Assembly (NCBI GenBank): GCA_950097015.1
Contig: CATNEN010000003.1
Span: forward strand, 12,586,001 to 12,650,000
Direction: 5' to 3'
Source: Macrostomum hystrix
Lineage: Eukaryota; Animalia; Platyhelminthes
DNA: 64,000 nt
Part shown: positions 1 to 14,019 of the stretch, in pieces
Numbering within the stretch: the first letter of the stretch is position 1
How the letters are laid out: each line of letters begins with the position of its first letter
Notes under the pieces: model-generated
Told to the model about the DNA's origin: nothing
The model's input: the letters and a program-made list of their open reading frames with translations, nothing else
Database searches by the model: none
Made by a program: the position numbers and the translations under genes

Positions 1-3000
1 ATGATGGTAGGTTAGAGATTATGGCCTGCTGAATGATGGTAGGTTAGACATTATGGCCTGCTGAATGATGGTAGGTTAGACATTATGGCCTGCTGAATGA
101 TGGTAGGTTAGAGATTATGGCCTGCTGAATGATGGTAGGTTAGACATTATGGCCTGCTGAATGATGGTAGGTTAGAGATTATGGCCTGCTGAATGATGGT
201 AGGTTAGACATTATGGCCTGCTGAATGATGGTAGGTTAGACATTATGGCCTGCTGAATGATGGTAGGTTAGAGATTATTGCCTGCTGGATGATGGTAGGT
301 TAGACATTATGGCCTGCTGAATGATGGTAGGTTAGACATTATGGCCTGCTGAATGATGGTAGGTTAGACATTATGGCCTGCTGAATGATGGTAGGTTAGA
401 CATTATGGCCTGCTGAATGATGGTAGGTTAGACATTATGGCCTGCTGAATGATGGTAGGTTAGACATTATGGCCTGCTGAATGATGGTAGGTTAGACATT
501 ATGGCCTGCTGAATGATGGTAGGTTAGAGATTATGGCCTGCTGAATGATGGTAGGTTAGACATTATGGCCTGCTGAATGATGGTAGGTTAGAGATTATTG
601 CCTGCTGGATGATGGTAGGTTAGACATTATGGCCTGCTGGATGATGGTAGGTTAGAGATTATGGCCTGCTGAATGATAGGTAGGTTAGACATTATGGCCT
701 GCTGAATGATAGGTAGGTTAGACATTATGGCCTGCTGAATGATGGTAGGTTAGAGATTATTGCCTGCTGGATGATGGTAGGTTAGACATTATGGCCTGCT
801 GGATGATGGTAGGTTAGAGATTATGGCCTGCTGAATGATGGTAGGTTAGACATTATGGCCTGCTGAATGATGGTAGGTTAGACATTATGGCCTGCTGAAT
901 GATGGTAGGTTAGACATTATGGCCTGCTGAATGATGGTAGGTTAGACATTATGGCCTGCTGAATGATGGTAGGTTAGACATTATGGCCTGCTGAATGATG
1001 GTAGGTTAGACATTATGGCCTGCTGGATGATGGTAGGTTAGAGATTATGGCCTGCTGAATGATGGTAGGTTAGACATTATGGCCTGCTGAATGATGGTAG
1101 GTTAGACATTATGGCCTGCTGAATGATGGTAGGTTAGACATTATGGCCTGCTGAATGATGGTAGGTTAGACATTATGGCCTGCTGAATGATGGTAGGTTA
1201 GACATTATGGCCTGCTGAATGATGGTAGGTTAGACATTATGGCCTGCTGAATGATGGTAGGTTAGAGATTATGGCCTGCTGAATGATGGTAGGTTAGAGA
1301 TTATGGCCTGCTGAATGATGGTAGGTTAGACATTATGGCCTGCTGAATGATGGTAGGTTAGAGATTATGGCCTGCTGAATGATGGTAGGTTAGACATTAT
1401 GGCCTGCTGAATGATGGTAGGTTAGAGATTATGGCCTGCATGAATGATGGTAGGTTAGACATTATGGCCTGCTGAATGATGGTAGGTTAGAGATTATGGC
1501 CTGCTGAATGATGGTAGGTTAGAGATTATGGCCTGCTGAATGATGGTAGGTTAGAGATTATGGCCTGCTGAATGATGGTAGGTTAGACATTATGGCCTGC
1601 TGAATGATGGTAGGTTAGACATTATGGCCTGCTGAATGATGGTAGGTTAGACATTATGGCCTGCTGAATGATGGTAGGTTAGAGATTATGGCCTGCTGAA
1701 TGATGGTAGGTTAGACATTATGGCCTGCTGAATGATGGTAGGTTAGAGATTATGGCCTGCTGAATGATGGTAGGTTAGAGATTATGGCCTGCTGGATGAT
1801 GGTAGGTTAGACATTATGGCCTGCTGAATGATGGTAGGTTAGAGATTATGGCCTGCTGAATGATGGTAGGTTAGAGATTATGGCCTGCTGAATGATGGTA
1901 GGTTAGAGATTATGGCCTGCTGGATGATGGTAGGTTAGAGATTATGGCCTGCTGAATGATGGTAGGTTAGACATTATGGCCTGCTGAATGATGGTAGGTT
2001 AGACATTATGGCCTGCTGAATGATGGTAGGTTAGAGATTATGGCCTGCTGAATGATGGTAGGTTAGACATTATGGCCTGCTGAATGATGGTAGGTTAGAG
2101 ATTATGGCCTGCAGAATGATGGTAGGTTAGACATTATGGCCTGCTGAATGATGGTAGGTTAGAGATTATGGCCTGCTGAATGATGGTAGGTTAGAGATTA
2201 TGGCCTGCTGAATGATGGTAGGTTAGAGATTATGGCCTGCTGAATGATGGTAGGTTAGACATTATGGCCTGCTGAATGATGGTAGGTTAGAGATTATGGC
2301 CTGCTGAATGATGGTAGGTTAGACATTATGGCCTGCTGAATGATGGTAGGTTAGAGATTATGGCCTGCTGAATGATGGTAGGTTAGAGATTATGGCCTGC
2401 TGAATGATGGTAGGTTAGACATTATGGCCTGCTGAATGATGGTAGGTTAGACATTATGGCCTGCTGAATGATGGTAGGTTAGACATTATGGCCTGCTGAA
2501 TGATGGTAGGTTAGAGATTATGGCCTGCTGAATGATGGTAGGTTAGAGATTATGGCCTGCTGAATGATGGTAGGTTAGACATTATGGCCTGCTGAATGAT
2601 GGTAGGTTAGAGATTATGGCCTGCTGAATGATGGTAGGTTAGACATTATGGCCTGCTGAATGATGGTAGGTTAGAGATTATGGCCTGCTGAATGATGGTA
2701 GGTTAGACATTATGGCCTGCTGAATGATGGTAGGTTAGAGATTATGGCCTGCTGAATGATGGTAGGTTAGAGATTATGGCCTGCTGAATGATGGTAGGTT
2801 AGACATTATGGCCTGCTGAATGATGGTAGGTTAGACATTATGGCCTGCTGAATGATGGTAGGTTAGACATTATGGCCTGCTGAATGATGGTAGGTTAGAG
2901 ATTATGGCCTGCTGAATGATGGTAGGTTAGAGATTATGGCCTGCTGAATGATGGTAGGTTAGACATTATGGCCTGCTGAATGATGGTAGGTTAGAGATTA

Positions 3001-3470
3001 TGGCCTGCTGAATGATGGTAGGTTAGACATTATGGCCTGCTGAATGATGGTAGGTTAGACATTATGGCCTGCTGAATGATGGTAGGTTAGAGATTATGGC
3101 CTGCTGAATGATGGTAGGTTAGAGATTATGGCCTGCTGAATGATGGTAGGTTAGACATTATGGCCTGCTGAATGATGGTAGGTTAGACATTATGGCCTGC
3201 TGAATGATGGTAGGTTAGACATTATGGCCTGCTGAATGATGGTAGGTTAGACATTATGGCCTGCTGAATGATGGTAGGTTAGACATTATGGCCTGCTGAA
3301 TGATGGTAGGTTAGAGATTATGGCCTGCTGAATGATGGTAGGTTAGAGATTATGGCCTGCTGAATGATGGTAGGTTAGAGATTATGGCCTGCAGAATGAT
3401 GGTAGGTTAGAGATTATTGCCTGCTGAATGATGGTAGGTTAGACATTATGGCCTGCAGAATGATGGGAGA
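1..3470. repeat. 32-bp minisatellite (ATGATGGTAGGTTAGA[C/G]ATTATGGCCTGCTGA)n, probably intronic
   Basis: More than 100 near-identical copies; runs off the window start and degenerates about 140 bp before the acceptor at 3617. Confidence 0.98.
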
Positions 3471-3617
3471 TAAGAAATTGTGGCCTGCTTGAAGATTAGA
3501 GATGATAATTTTTGGCTTTCTAAAAGATGGGAGATTAATGGCTAGTTGTTGAGTTTCTCAAATAATTTATACATCTAGTCTCTTATTATGCTTAAATTAT
3601 GCTCAAATCCATCGCAG

Positions 3618-6600
3618 GCTAGCGCGCAGCAGAAGCATCAAATGTGGCTGGCCGCCCAGGTTGGCGCTATTCAGCGCACCGGTCTTGGCGGAACATTCGA
3701 GTGTTTGGTGAGCGGTACCGAATTTACCCATAACTGATTATTTCAATTTTTCAATTTTTTAAGTTACCAAACAAATTCGCTTTCCGGCTCTCCACAGATG
3801 TGCAACGTGAAGTGCAACTCCCAGAAGGCATTAGATTTTCACGTCAACGGTGACAAACACAAGAAGAATGTGGAAGAGAGAGTTAAAGTTATGGAGGGTA
3901 AGTTTGTTGTGTTTGGGATAATTGAAATCCTGATTGAAATATTGAGTTTGGGATAATTGAGATCCTGATTGAAATATTGGGTATAGGATAATTGAGATCC
4001 TGATTGAAATATTGGGTATAGGATAATTGAGATCCTGATTGAAATATTGGGTATAGGATAACTGAGATCCTCATTGAAATATTGGGTATAGGATAATTGA
4101 GATCCTTATTGAAATATTGGGTATAGGATAATTGAGATCCTCATTGAAATATTGGGTATAGGATAATTGAGATCCTCATTGAAATATTGGGTTTGGGATA
4201 ATTGAGATCCTGATTGAAATATTGGGTATAGGATTATTGAGATCCTCATTGAAATATTGGGTATAGGATAACTGAGATCCTGATTGAAATATTGGGTATA
4301 GGATAATTGAGATCCTGATTGAAATATTGGGTATAGGATAATTGAGATCCTGATTGAAATATTGGGTATAGGATAATTGAGATCCTGATTGAAATATTGG
4401 GTATAGGATAATTGAGATCCTTATTGAAATATTGGGTATAGGATAATTGAGATCCTGATTGAAATATTGGGTATAGGATAATTGAGATCCTGATTGAAAT
4501 ATTGGGTATAGGATAATTGAGATCCTCATTGAAATATTGGGTATAGGATAACTGAGATCCTGATTGAAATATTGGGTATAGGATAATTGAGATCCTGATT
4601 GAAATATTGGGTTTGGGATAATTGAGATCCTGATTGAAATATTGGGTATAGGATAATTGAGATCCTGATTGAAATATTGGGTATAGGATAATTGAGATCC
4701 TGATTGAAATATTGGGTATAGGATAATTGAGATCCTCATTGAAATATTGGGTATAGGATAACTGAGATCCTGATTGAAATATTGGGTATAGGATAATTGA
4801 GATCCTCATTGAAATATTGGGTATAAGATAATTGAGATCCTGATTGAAATATTGGGTATAGGATAATTGAGATCCTGATTGAAATATTGGGTTTGGGATA
4901 ATTGAGATCCGGATTGAAATATTGGGTATAGGATAATTGAGATCCTCATTGAAATATTGGGTATAGGATAATTGAAATCCTTATTGAAATATTGGGTATA
5001 GGATAATTGAGATCCTGATTGAAATATTGGTATAGGATAATTGAGATCCTGATTGAAATATTGGGTATAGGATAATTGAGATCCGGATTGAAATATTGGG
5101 TATAGGATAACTGAGATCCTGATTGAAATATTGGGTATAGGATAATTGAGATCCTCATTGAAATATTGGGTATAGGATAATTGAGATCCTCATTGAAATA
5201 TTGGGTATAGGATAATTGAGATCCTCATTGAAATATTGGGTATAGGATAATTGAGATCCTCATTGAAATATTGGGTATAAGATAATTGAGATCCTTATTG
5301 AAATATTGGGTATAGGATAATTGAGATCCTGATTGAAATATCGGGTATAGGATAATTGAGATCCTGATTGAAATATTGGGTATAGGATAATTGAGATCCT
5401 GATTGAAATATTGGGTATAGGATAATTGAGATCCTGATTGAAATATTGGGTATAGGATAATTGAGATCCTCATTGAAATATTGGGTATAGGATAATTGAG
5501 ATCCTGATTGAAATATTGGGTATAGGATAATTGAGATCCTCATTGAAATATTGGGTATAGGATAATTGAGATCCTCATTGAAATATTGGGTATAGGATAA
5601 TTGAAATCCTTATTGAAATATTGGGTATAGGATAATTGAGATCCTGATTGAAATATTGGTATAGGATAATTGAGATCCTCATTGAAATATTGGGTATAGG
5701 ATAACTGAGATCCTGATTGAAATATTGGGTATAGGATAATTGAGATCCTCATTGAAATATTGGGTATAAGATAATTGAGATCCTTATTGAAATATTGGGT
5801 ATAGGATAATTGAGATCCTGATTGAAATATTGGGTATAGGATAATTGAGATCCTGATTGAAATATTGGGTTTGGGATAATTGAGATCCGGATTGAAATAT
5901 TGGGTATAGGATAATTGAGATCCTGATTGAAATATTGGGTATAGGATAATTGAGATCCTGATTGAAATATTGGGTATAGGATAATTGAGATCCTGATTGA
6001 AATATTGGGTATAGGATAATTGAGATCCTCATTGAAATATTGGGTATAGGATAATTGAGATCCTCATTGAAATATTGGGTATAGGATAATTGAGATCCTG
6101 ATTGAAATATTGGGTATAGGATAATTGAGATCCTCATTGAAATATTGGGTATAGGATAATTGAGATCCTCATTGAAATATTGGGTATAGGATAATTGAAA
6201 TCCTTATTGAAATATTGGGTATAGGATAATTGAGATCCTGATTGAAATATTGGTATAGGATAATTGAGATCCTCATTGAAATATTGGGTATAGGATAATT
6301 GAGATCCTCATCGAAATATTGGGTATAGGATAATTGAGATCCTCATTGAAATATTGGGTATAGGATAACTGAGATCCTGATTGAAATATTGGGTATAGGA
6401 TAATTGAGATCCTCATTGAAATATTGGGTATAAGATAATTGAGATCCTTATTGAAATATTGGGTATAGGATAATTGAGATCCTGATTGAAATATTGGGTA
6501 TAGGATAATTGAGATCCTGATTGAAATATTGGGTTTGGGATAATTGAGATCCGGATTGAAATATTGGGTATAGGATAATTGAGATCCTCATTGAAATATT

Positions 6601-9600
6601 GGGTATAGGATAATTGAGATCCTCATTGAAATATTGGGTATAGGATAATTGAGATCCTGATTGAAATATTGGGTATAGGATAATTGAGATCCTCATTGAA
6701 ATATTGGGTATAGGATAATTGAGATCCTCATTGAAATATTGGGTATAGGATAATTGAAATCCTTATTGAAATATTGGGTATAGGATAATTGAGATCCTCA
6801 TTGAAATATTGGGTATAGGATAATTGAGATCCTCATTGAAATATTGGGTATAGGATAATTGAGATCCTCATTGAAATATTGGGTATAGGATAATTGAGAT
6901 CCTCATTGAAATATTGGGTATAGGATAATTGAGATCCTGATTGAAATATTGGGTATAGGATAATTGAGATCCTGATTGAAATATTGGGTATAGGATAATT
7001 GAGATCCTCATTGAAATATTGGGTATAGGATAATTGAGATCCTGATTGAAATATTGGGTATAGGATAATTGAGATCCTCATTGAAATATTGGGTATAGGA
7101 TAATTGAGATCCTCATTGAAATATTGGGTATAGGATAATTGAGATCCTCATTGAAACATTGGGTATAGGATAATTGAGATCCTCATTGAAATATTGGGTA
7201 TAGGATAATTGAGATCCTCATTGAAATATTGGGTATAGGATAACTGAGATCCTCATTGAAATATTGGGTATAGGATAATTGAGATCCTCATTGAAATATT
7301 GGGTATAGGATAATTGAGATCCTCATTGAAATATTGGGTATAGGATAATTGAAATCCTGATTGAAATATTGGGTATAGGATAATTGAGATCCTGATTGAA
7401 ATATTGGGTATAGGATAATTGAGATCCTGATTGAAATATTGGGTATAGGATAATTGAGATCCTTATTGAAATATTGGGTATAGGATAATTGAGATCCTCA
7501 TTGAAATATTGTGTATAGGATAATTGAGATCCTCATTGAAATATTGGGTATAGGATAATTGAGATCCTCATTGAAATATTGGGTATAGGATAATTGAGAT
7601 CCTCATTGAAATATTGGGTATAGGATAATTGAGATCCTCATTGAAATATTGGGTATAGGATAATTGAGATCCTCATTGAAATATTGGGTATAGGATAATT
7701 GAGATCCTGATTGAAATATTGGGTATAGGATAATTGAGATCCTGATTGAAATATTGGGTATAGGATAATTGAGATCCTCATTGAAATATTGGGTATAGGA
7801 TAATTGAGATCCTGATTGAAATATTGGGTATAGGATAATTGAGATCCTCATTGAAATATTGGGTATAGGATAATTGAGATCCTCATTGAAATATTGGGTA
7901 TAGGATAATTGAGATCCTCATTGAAACATTGGGTATAGGATAATTGAGATCCTCATTGAAATATTGGGTATAGGATAATTGAGATCCTCATTGAAATATT
8001 GGGTATAGGATAATTGAGATCCTCATTGAAATATTGGGTATAGGATAATTGAGATCCTTATTGAAATCTTGAGTTTGGGATAACTGAGATCTTCATTGAA
8101 ATAATGAGTATTGGATAATAAAAATGTAGATCTTAATGTGAGTTATGCGATCATTCGAATCTAAGATATTGATAGCAAAGAACAAAGACTTAGGTAAGGT
8201 CTTTCGTTAGGTAGAAAATGGGATTTTGAGATACATTGTTTGGCACGGGATTTGGAATCTAATTCGATGAATAAATTCTGTAAAAAAATACTATTTTAAC
8301 ATGTCCCGTTTAGCCGCTCAGCGCGAGAAGGAGGCAGCGGAGGCCGCCGCCAAGAAGAAGGAAGAAGACTCAAAGGAACCTGACGAAGCCGCCCTGCTTG
8401 CCAAACAGAAGGCGGAGAAGCCTCCAACATCAGCTGCCGTTCAGGCGGCTAGCAAGCCTAAGCAGCAGCAGCAGAAATCCATTGCAACTAGTGGCCCTAG
8501 GGCTAAGCCGATGCCGCGTGCTCAAACTGTGCTCAACAGCTGTTTTGAGCCTTTGCTTGGATTGCAATATGTTACCGAGTATCAGAGAATTAATCCAATG
8601 CTGGAATGCCGCTGCTATTGCGAATTGTGCAACTTGAATTTTCCCGTGGCCGAACTGATTGCGCACACTACTGGCGTCAGGCATCGGAGATTGTTTCTGG
8701 TGAGCTCTGATTTGGATCTGAGAGATTCACTTCAGATCCTAAAATTAGTTCAGATTCTGTTCTGCCCAAAATGTTCCGTTTATATTTAAAAAAAAATTGA
8801 CCCATTTCATGTTCCAGATCCCCAAACAATCCCTGTTTCAAAGCCTAAACAATCCCCATTTTAGATCCATGACTAATCCCTATTTCAGATCCCAAACCAA
8901 TCCCTATTTCAGATCCCAAACCAATCCCTATTTCAGATCCCAAACCAATCCCTATTTCAGATCCCAAACCAATCCCTATTTCAGATCCCAAACCAATCCC
9001 TATTTCAGATCCCAAACCAATCCCTATTTCAGATCCCAAACCAATCCCTATTTCAGATCCCAAACCAATCCCTATTTCAGATCCCAAACCAATCCTTATT
9101 TCAGATCCCAAACCAATCCCTATTTCAGATCCCAAACCAATCCCTATTTCAGATCCCAAACCAATCCCTATTTCAGATCCCAAACCAATCCCTATTTCAG
9201 ATCCCAAACCAATCCCTATTTCAGATCCCAAACCAATCCCTATTTCAGATCCCAAACCAATCCCTATTTCAGATCCCAAACCAATCCCTATTTCAGATCC
9301 CAAACCAATCCCTATTTCAGATCCCAAACCAATCCCTATTTCAGATCCCAAACCAATCCCTATTTCAGATCCCAAACCAATCCCTATTTCAGATCCCAAA
9401 CCAATCCCTATTTCAGATCCCAAACCAATCCCTATTTCAGATCCCAAACCAATCCCTATTTCAGATCCCAAACCAATCCTTATTTCAGATCCCAAACCAA
9501 TCCCTATTTCAGATCCCAAACCAATCCCTATTTCAGATCCCAAACCAATCCCTATTTCAGATCCCAAACCAATCCCTATTTCAGATCCCAAACCAATCCC

Positions 9601-11208
9601 TATTTCAGATCCCAAACCAATCCCTATTTCAGATCCCAAACCAATCCCTATTGCAGACTACAATAAGCCTATCCCAATTTCAGATACAAAACTAATCAAG
9701 TTTTCTAAAGTCCCAAACCAGCTCTTTATCCAGATCCCAAACCAATCCCCATTTCAGATCCCAAATAATCCTCATTTCAGAGCCCAAAAATCCCCATTTC
9801 AGATTAAAAAACAATCCCGTTTTAAATCTTAGGTCTTTAATAAATCCACTTTTTTCAACCCAGAATTAATCCCTACCTTAGAAATATAATCTATTTTTCA
9901 GATCCCAAACCAATCCCTTCACAATTCTTAATCCCAGAGTCCAAATCGTTATAATTTTAGATTATCTTTTCCTCCTTAAACGTGCATTGTTTGTATTACA
10001 TTTATCTAAGCTCTTCCATACCATCTTTTCTTATCAAATTTCTAAAACACCGCATTAACAGAGGCACAACTATCCGGACCTGTTCGCCATCCTGTCGCAA
10101 GACCAGAGTCCGCGCAGCGTTCGTCTGCGACGCTACGCCATCTACGCCAAGCGCATCGAAGACTGGGAGGGTCGCAAGAAGATCAACCTGAAGGTGGAGG
10201 TTCTCGATGAAAATGGCGACCCGGCGGAAAGCCAGGCGAATGCTTCCGATTCTACAACTGCCGGATCATCTGCGCCTAGTCGGGCGGTAAAGTACACGCT
10301 GAAGTCTACTAAACGAGTGCGTCGAGATAGACGACGCGGCGATCTAGAGGAGGGCGAAATCGACGCCGAAGGCGACCAATCTGACGGTGGGGGCGGCGGC
10401 GAAGAATCCGACCCGGAGGAGGGCGAAGCTCTCGACAATGCCGGCCCGCCCGAACAGCCAGGCGTTGTCTTCGAAGACGCCATCGTTATTGAACGCGAGC
10501 CTTTAAATCAGCTGAATTCATCGTCAGCAACTACTGGCGGAGTTGTCTCAGCCAATGATGACATTGTGGCCACACGGGATGCTTTCATTCGACGCTTGAA
10601 AGAACAAAGGTTTTTGTCTGCTTCGGAGGCCACAAGCGAGGCGGTTGATAGCTTCGGGCGCGAAGCTGATTGGGCTATTAAAAGGAAGAAGCGAGCAGCG
10701 GGTATCATTGAGGTGAGTTGCTCCTCGTAGATTTTTGGTCAAGATCCTCATTTTATAGAGATGGCTTCATAGATCAGTGGTATAACTTCATAGATCAATG
10801 GGATGACTTCATAGATCAATGGGATAACTTAATAGATCAATGGGATAACTTCGTAGATCAATGGAATAACTTCATAGATCAATGGGATAACTTCATAGAT
10901 CAATGGGATAACTTCATAGATCAATGGGATAACTTCGTAGATCAATGGAATGACTTCATAGATCATTGGGATAACTTCATAGATCAATGGGATAACTTAA
11001 AAAATCAATGGGAAAGCTATATAGATCAATTGGATAGCTTACTAGGTTATTGGGATAATTTACGTCATTGTGTGTGCTTAAATATATATTCTCCGAAAGC
11101 TCAATTGACTTTAATTCTATTTGCAGGACGACGCAGACGTCATTAAATTTGGCGCCGCCGCCTCGGCCGCTTCAGACCTCGCTTCAACCCTGGCTTCTCA
11201 GCTCCCCC

Positions 11209-11242
<34 letters not shown>

Positions 11243-12848
11243 CATGACCTCCCTAGTTGAGCAGATTCGCGCAATGACAGGCATTAACCTGGGCATTAGC
11301 CGTGCTCAAACTGACGCATTCCGCATCCCCAGCATTCCCGGCCTCAGGCTTGACATCGACCGCATCAAGGACACACCCGATCCCGTAGCCCAGATGCGTA
11401 ATCTGGTCGCCCAGGTGCAAGAATTCGTTGGCAGTCAGCAGAAAGCTGCCGGCTACGGTGTCACACCGTCGTCTACTTCGGCGACAACCAGGCTAGGCCT
11501 ACTGACGTCTGCTTCCGCTGCTAGCCAGCAAAATCAAAAGCAGCAGCAGCAGCAGAGAGTAGAAGCATTACCGCCACCATCAACTGTCGTGTCGGACAAA
11601 CAGCACAAAAGACACAAAGAGAAGAAGGAGAAAAAGGAAAAAAAACGCGACAAGAAGGAGCGCAAAGAAAAAGAGCAACAGCAGCAGCAACATCAGAAGC
11701 TGATGGGAGCCATTCATTTACCTGGTCAGGACATCATTATTCAGGTGAATAAGCAGAATAAGAAGGCCAAAAAGCACAACAAACGCGACGACAAGGAGCG
11801 GCAGAGACGCGACAAAGAAAAAGAGAAAGCCAAATCGAAAGATAAGGAAAGGAAGCGAGAAGAGAAAGAGCGCGAGAAAGCCAAAGCTAAAGAGAAAGAG
11901 CGAAAGCACAAACGGCGAGAGCGCGAAAAAGAAGAGAAAGAGCGCGACACAAAGCGTCGACGCAGAGCCGATCCCGCAGTCCTCCCAGCACCCGACAGTC
12001 TGGGCCTTCCAGACCTGTCCGGGTCTACAGTGTTCGATGCTTATAGCGCACTGTCCACTTCCAATCCGACTAAGCCGGCATCGTCTGCCGCTGCTATTGC
12101 TTCCTCATCGATGGGTGCAGCAACTTATTCAACTAATGCGGCCAGGAATTCGGCAAATTTTGCACCGCTGGCTTCATCGTCTACCAGCGGAGACTCCTCT
12201 GACGACGACGATTATGTTGAAAAGTCGGCTGATTGGTTGGCCTCGCTGGCTCGCAATAGCCTCTACGGGGGCAGCAGCAAATCGGCTACTTCCAATAGTG
12301 CGCCGTCCAATCAGGGGCCTTCGCAACCGGTCCTACTAGGTCTAGTTGGTGGCGGTCTACCCCCGCCGCCGCAGCCGCATCTAACTTCCACAACAATGTC
12401 AACTATGAATGCGCGTTCTCAGCCACTCTTGGCCACGCCAGGTTATTCTCAGCAGCCGATGCAGTCAGTACCGCCATTTAGCTATGGTTCCTCTCAGCCG
12501 CCAGTTGCTGGTGCATCGTCGCTGGGTTTAGTTGCGTCGCAGCAGCAGCAGCATATTTCAAATAATTTTCTTGCTCCACCTCCGCCGATGCATCTGCAGC
12601 CGTTGCTGCCAAATCCTCACACTCTTATTACACAGCAGCAGCAGCAGCAGCAGTTTTCCGGCTATCCCAATAGCAGCGCCTATAATCATCAACTGACTCC
12701 GTCGCAGCAGCAAATGTACCGTTCATTGCCCCCGCCTTCGCAAATTTTGCCAGAAGTGCTTCAGCCGCAGCAGCAGCAGCAGCAGCACTTGTATCAGCAG
12801 CAGCAGTATCAACAGGTCCATCCTCCGCCGCATCAACAACTTTGGTAG
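3618..12848 (+). CDS. Zinc-finger (matrin/U1-type C2H2) protein with Lys/Glu-rich and polyQ/Pro-rich C-terminus; 5'-incomplete, 5 exons visible
   Basis: Exons 3618-3707, 3798-3897, 8314-8699, 10062-10712 and 11127-12848 have GT-AG introns and join in one frame. First finger ECL|MCNVKCNSQKALDFHVNGDKHKK; second module PLLGLQYVTEY..CELC..HTTGVRHRRLFL|RHNYP (resembles uncharacterised CG7065-like proteins, from memory). AATAAA near 13105. Confidence 0.85.
3910..8115. repeat. 35-bp intronic minisatellite (ATTGAAATATTGGGTATAGGATAATTGAGATCCT[G/C/T])n
   Basis: About 120 copies filling intron 3898-8313; source of the spurious MRISIILYPIFQ ORFs. Confidence 0.98.
8810..9920. repeat. 24-bp intronic minisatellite (TATTTCAGATCCCAAACCAATCCC)n
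   Basis: Homogeneous core ~8875-9655 with degenerate edges, inside intron 8700-10061. Confidence 0.97.
10765..11060. repeat. 21-bp intronic minisatellite (TTCATAGATCAATGGGATAAC)n
   Basis: About 12 copies inside intron 10713-11126. Confidence 0.93.
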
Positions 12849-13182
12849 CCCTTGTTTGCGTTGCGAAATGCAACTGTTCAAAGTCTTGACCTTATAATTG
12901 TTAAAGTTCATTATAATTATTATTATTATTAAATTCTTATTGCTTTCAACCGTCTTTTATAAACGTGCAAATCAAGTAAGGTCGCTTAATGTATATGTAA
13001 ATAGGGTTAGCCACTATGTAACTTATTACACCGTTAAACTTGTCAATTGTTGTCCCTCGTTGTTAATTTAATATTCTAGGCAAACAAACTAAATCATTGT
13101 TCACAAATAAATTACATTAAAGTCATACAATCAAGTTTTTTGTGCATCAAAAATTGGCTTTAAATAATAAGTTATCGCCCTT

Positions 13183-13606
13183 TACCCGCTAAAAAATAGG
13201 GATGTTTCTTTGGGTGATTCCAGTTGGAATCTGCGGTGTTTCCAGAAAAAGAAACAGCCGACCGCTGGAAACATACCAATCGGATGATTCCATGCTTAGA
13301 ATCTACCCAACTGGGCGTTTTCTCGGTGCTTCTTGGTGGCGAAATGGAATCACCCAAAGAATCCTCCAGTTCGGAAGATTCCATGCTCAGAAACCGCCGA
13401 GGAATCTCCCGTAAATAATTCTCTGGTTGTCCCATGGGCCACTGGTTCGGGTGATTCTTCGGCGGTTTCCGCACAATTTACGGTTACATCGGCTGCTTCC
13501 TGGGTGGTTTCTTTAACTTTTGCGAGATAGGGGGGATTTCGGTAGATTCCACTCCTATTTTGCACAAAAAACCCGCCGAAGAAGCAGCCGAATTTTTTAC
13601 AGGGTA
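13183..13606. mobile_element. Old non-autonomous TIR element (MITE-like)
   Basis: Imperfect inverted ends TACCCGCTAAAAAATAGGGATGTTTCTT and AAGAAGCAGCCGAATTTTTTACAGGGTA; interior more GC-rich than the flanks; no coding capacity. Confidence 0.5.
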
Positions 13607-14019
13607 GTTCTGCTGATGCTGTTCAATGTTTGCCACCTTTTGTCCTCAACAAAAAAGTTTTGTTTCATGCATTAACACTTATGCCTGCTTTTCTTGTGCC
13701 TGTTTATGCTTTTTCAACTTTCAAATTCCTAAAAATGTATGTACTTTTGCATTGTAATTTGTCTGAAATCGTGGCATTGCCTAGCATGAAAAAAATACAA
13801 AATAAAAATTTTGTATTTTGCTAACTGAAATTTAGACCCGTGAAGTAAGATAATCAGGCTAAAGCTTTTATTTTGACAAAGAAAGATCCATCATGTGACA
13901 GCTGTTATTTTGTTCTCTTATTTTGTCGGACTATATTTTTTAATTTAGTAATGCGGACAATAATATGAAGTAACGATTACAGCATTGACGTTGCTGATAA
14001 TTTGCTGCTTACGTTGCTC

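Noticed and set aside
1-8115. CRISPR-like 32-35-bp repeats
   Set aside because: Units are head-to-tail with no unique spacers and no cas genes; they sit in eukaryotic introns.
3889-9666. Repeat-derived ORFs (MRISIILYPIFQ..., RSQTNPYF..., GSEIGIGL...)
   Set aside because: Translations of intronic minisatellites; the host gene splices around them in frame.
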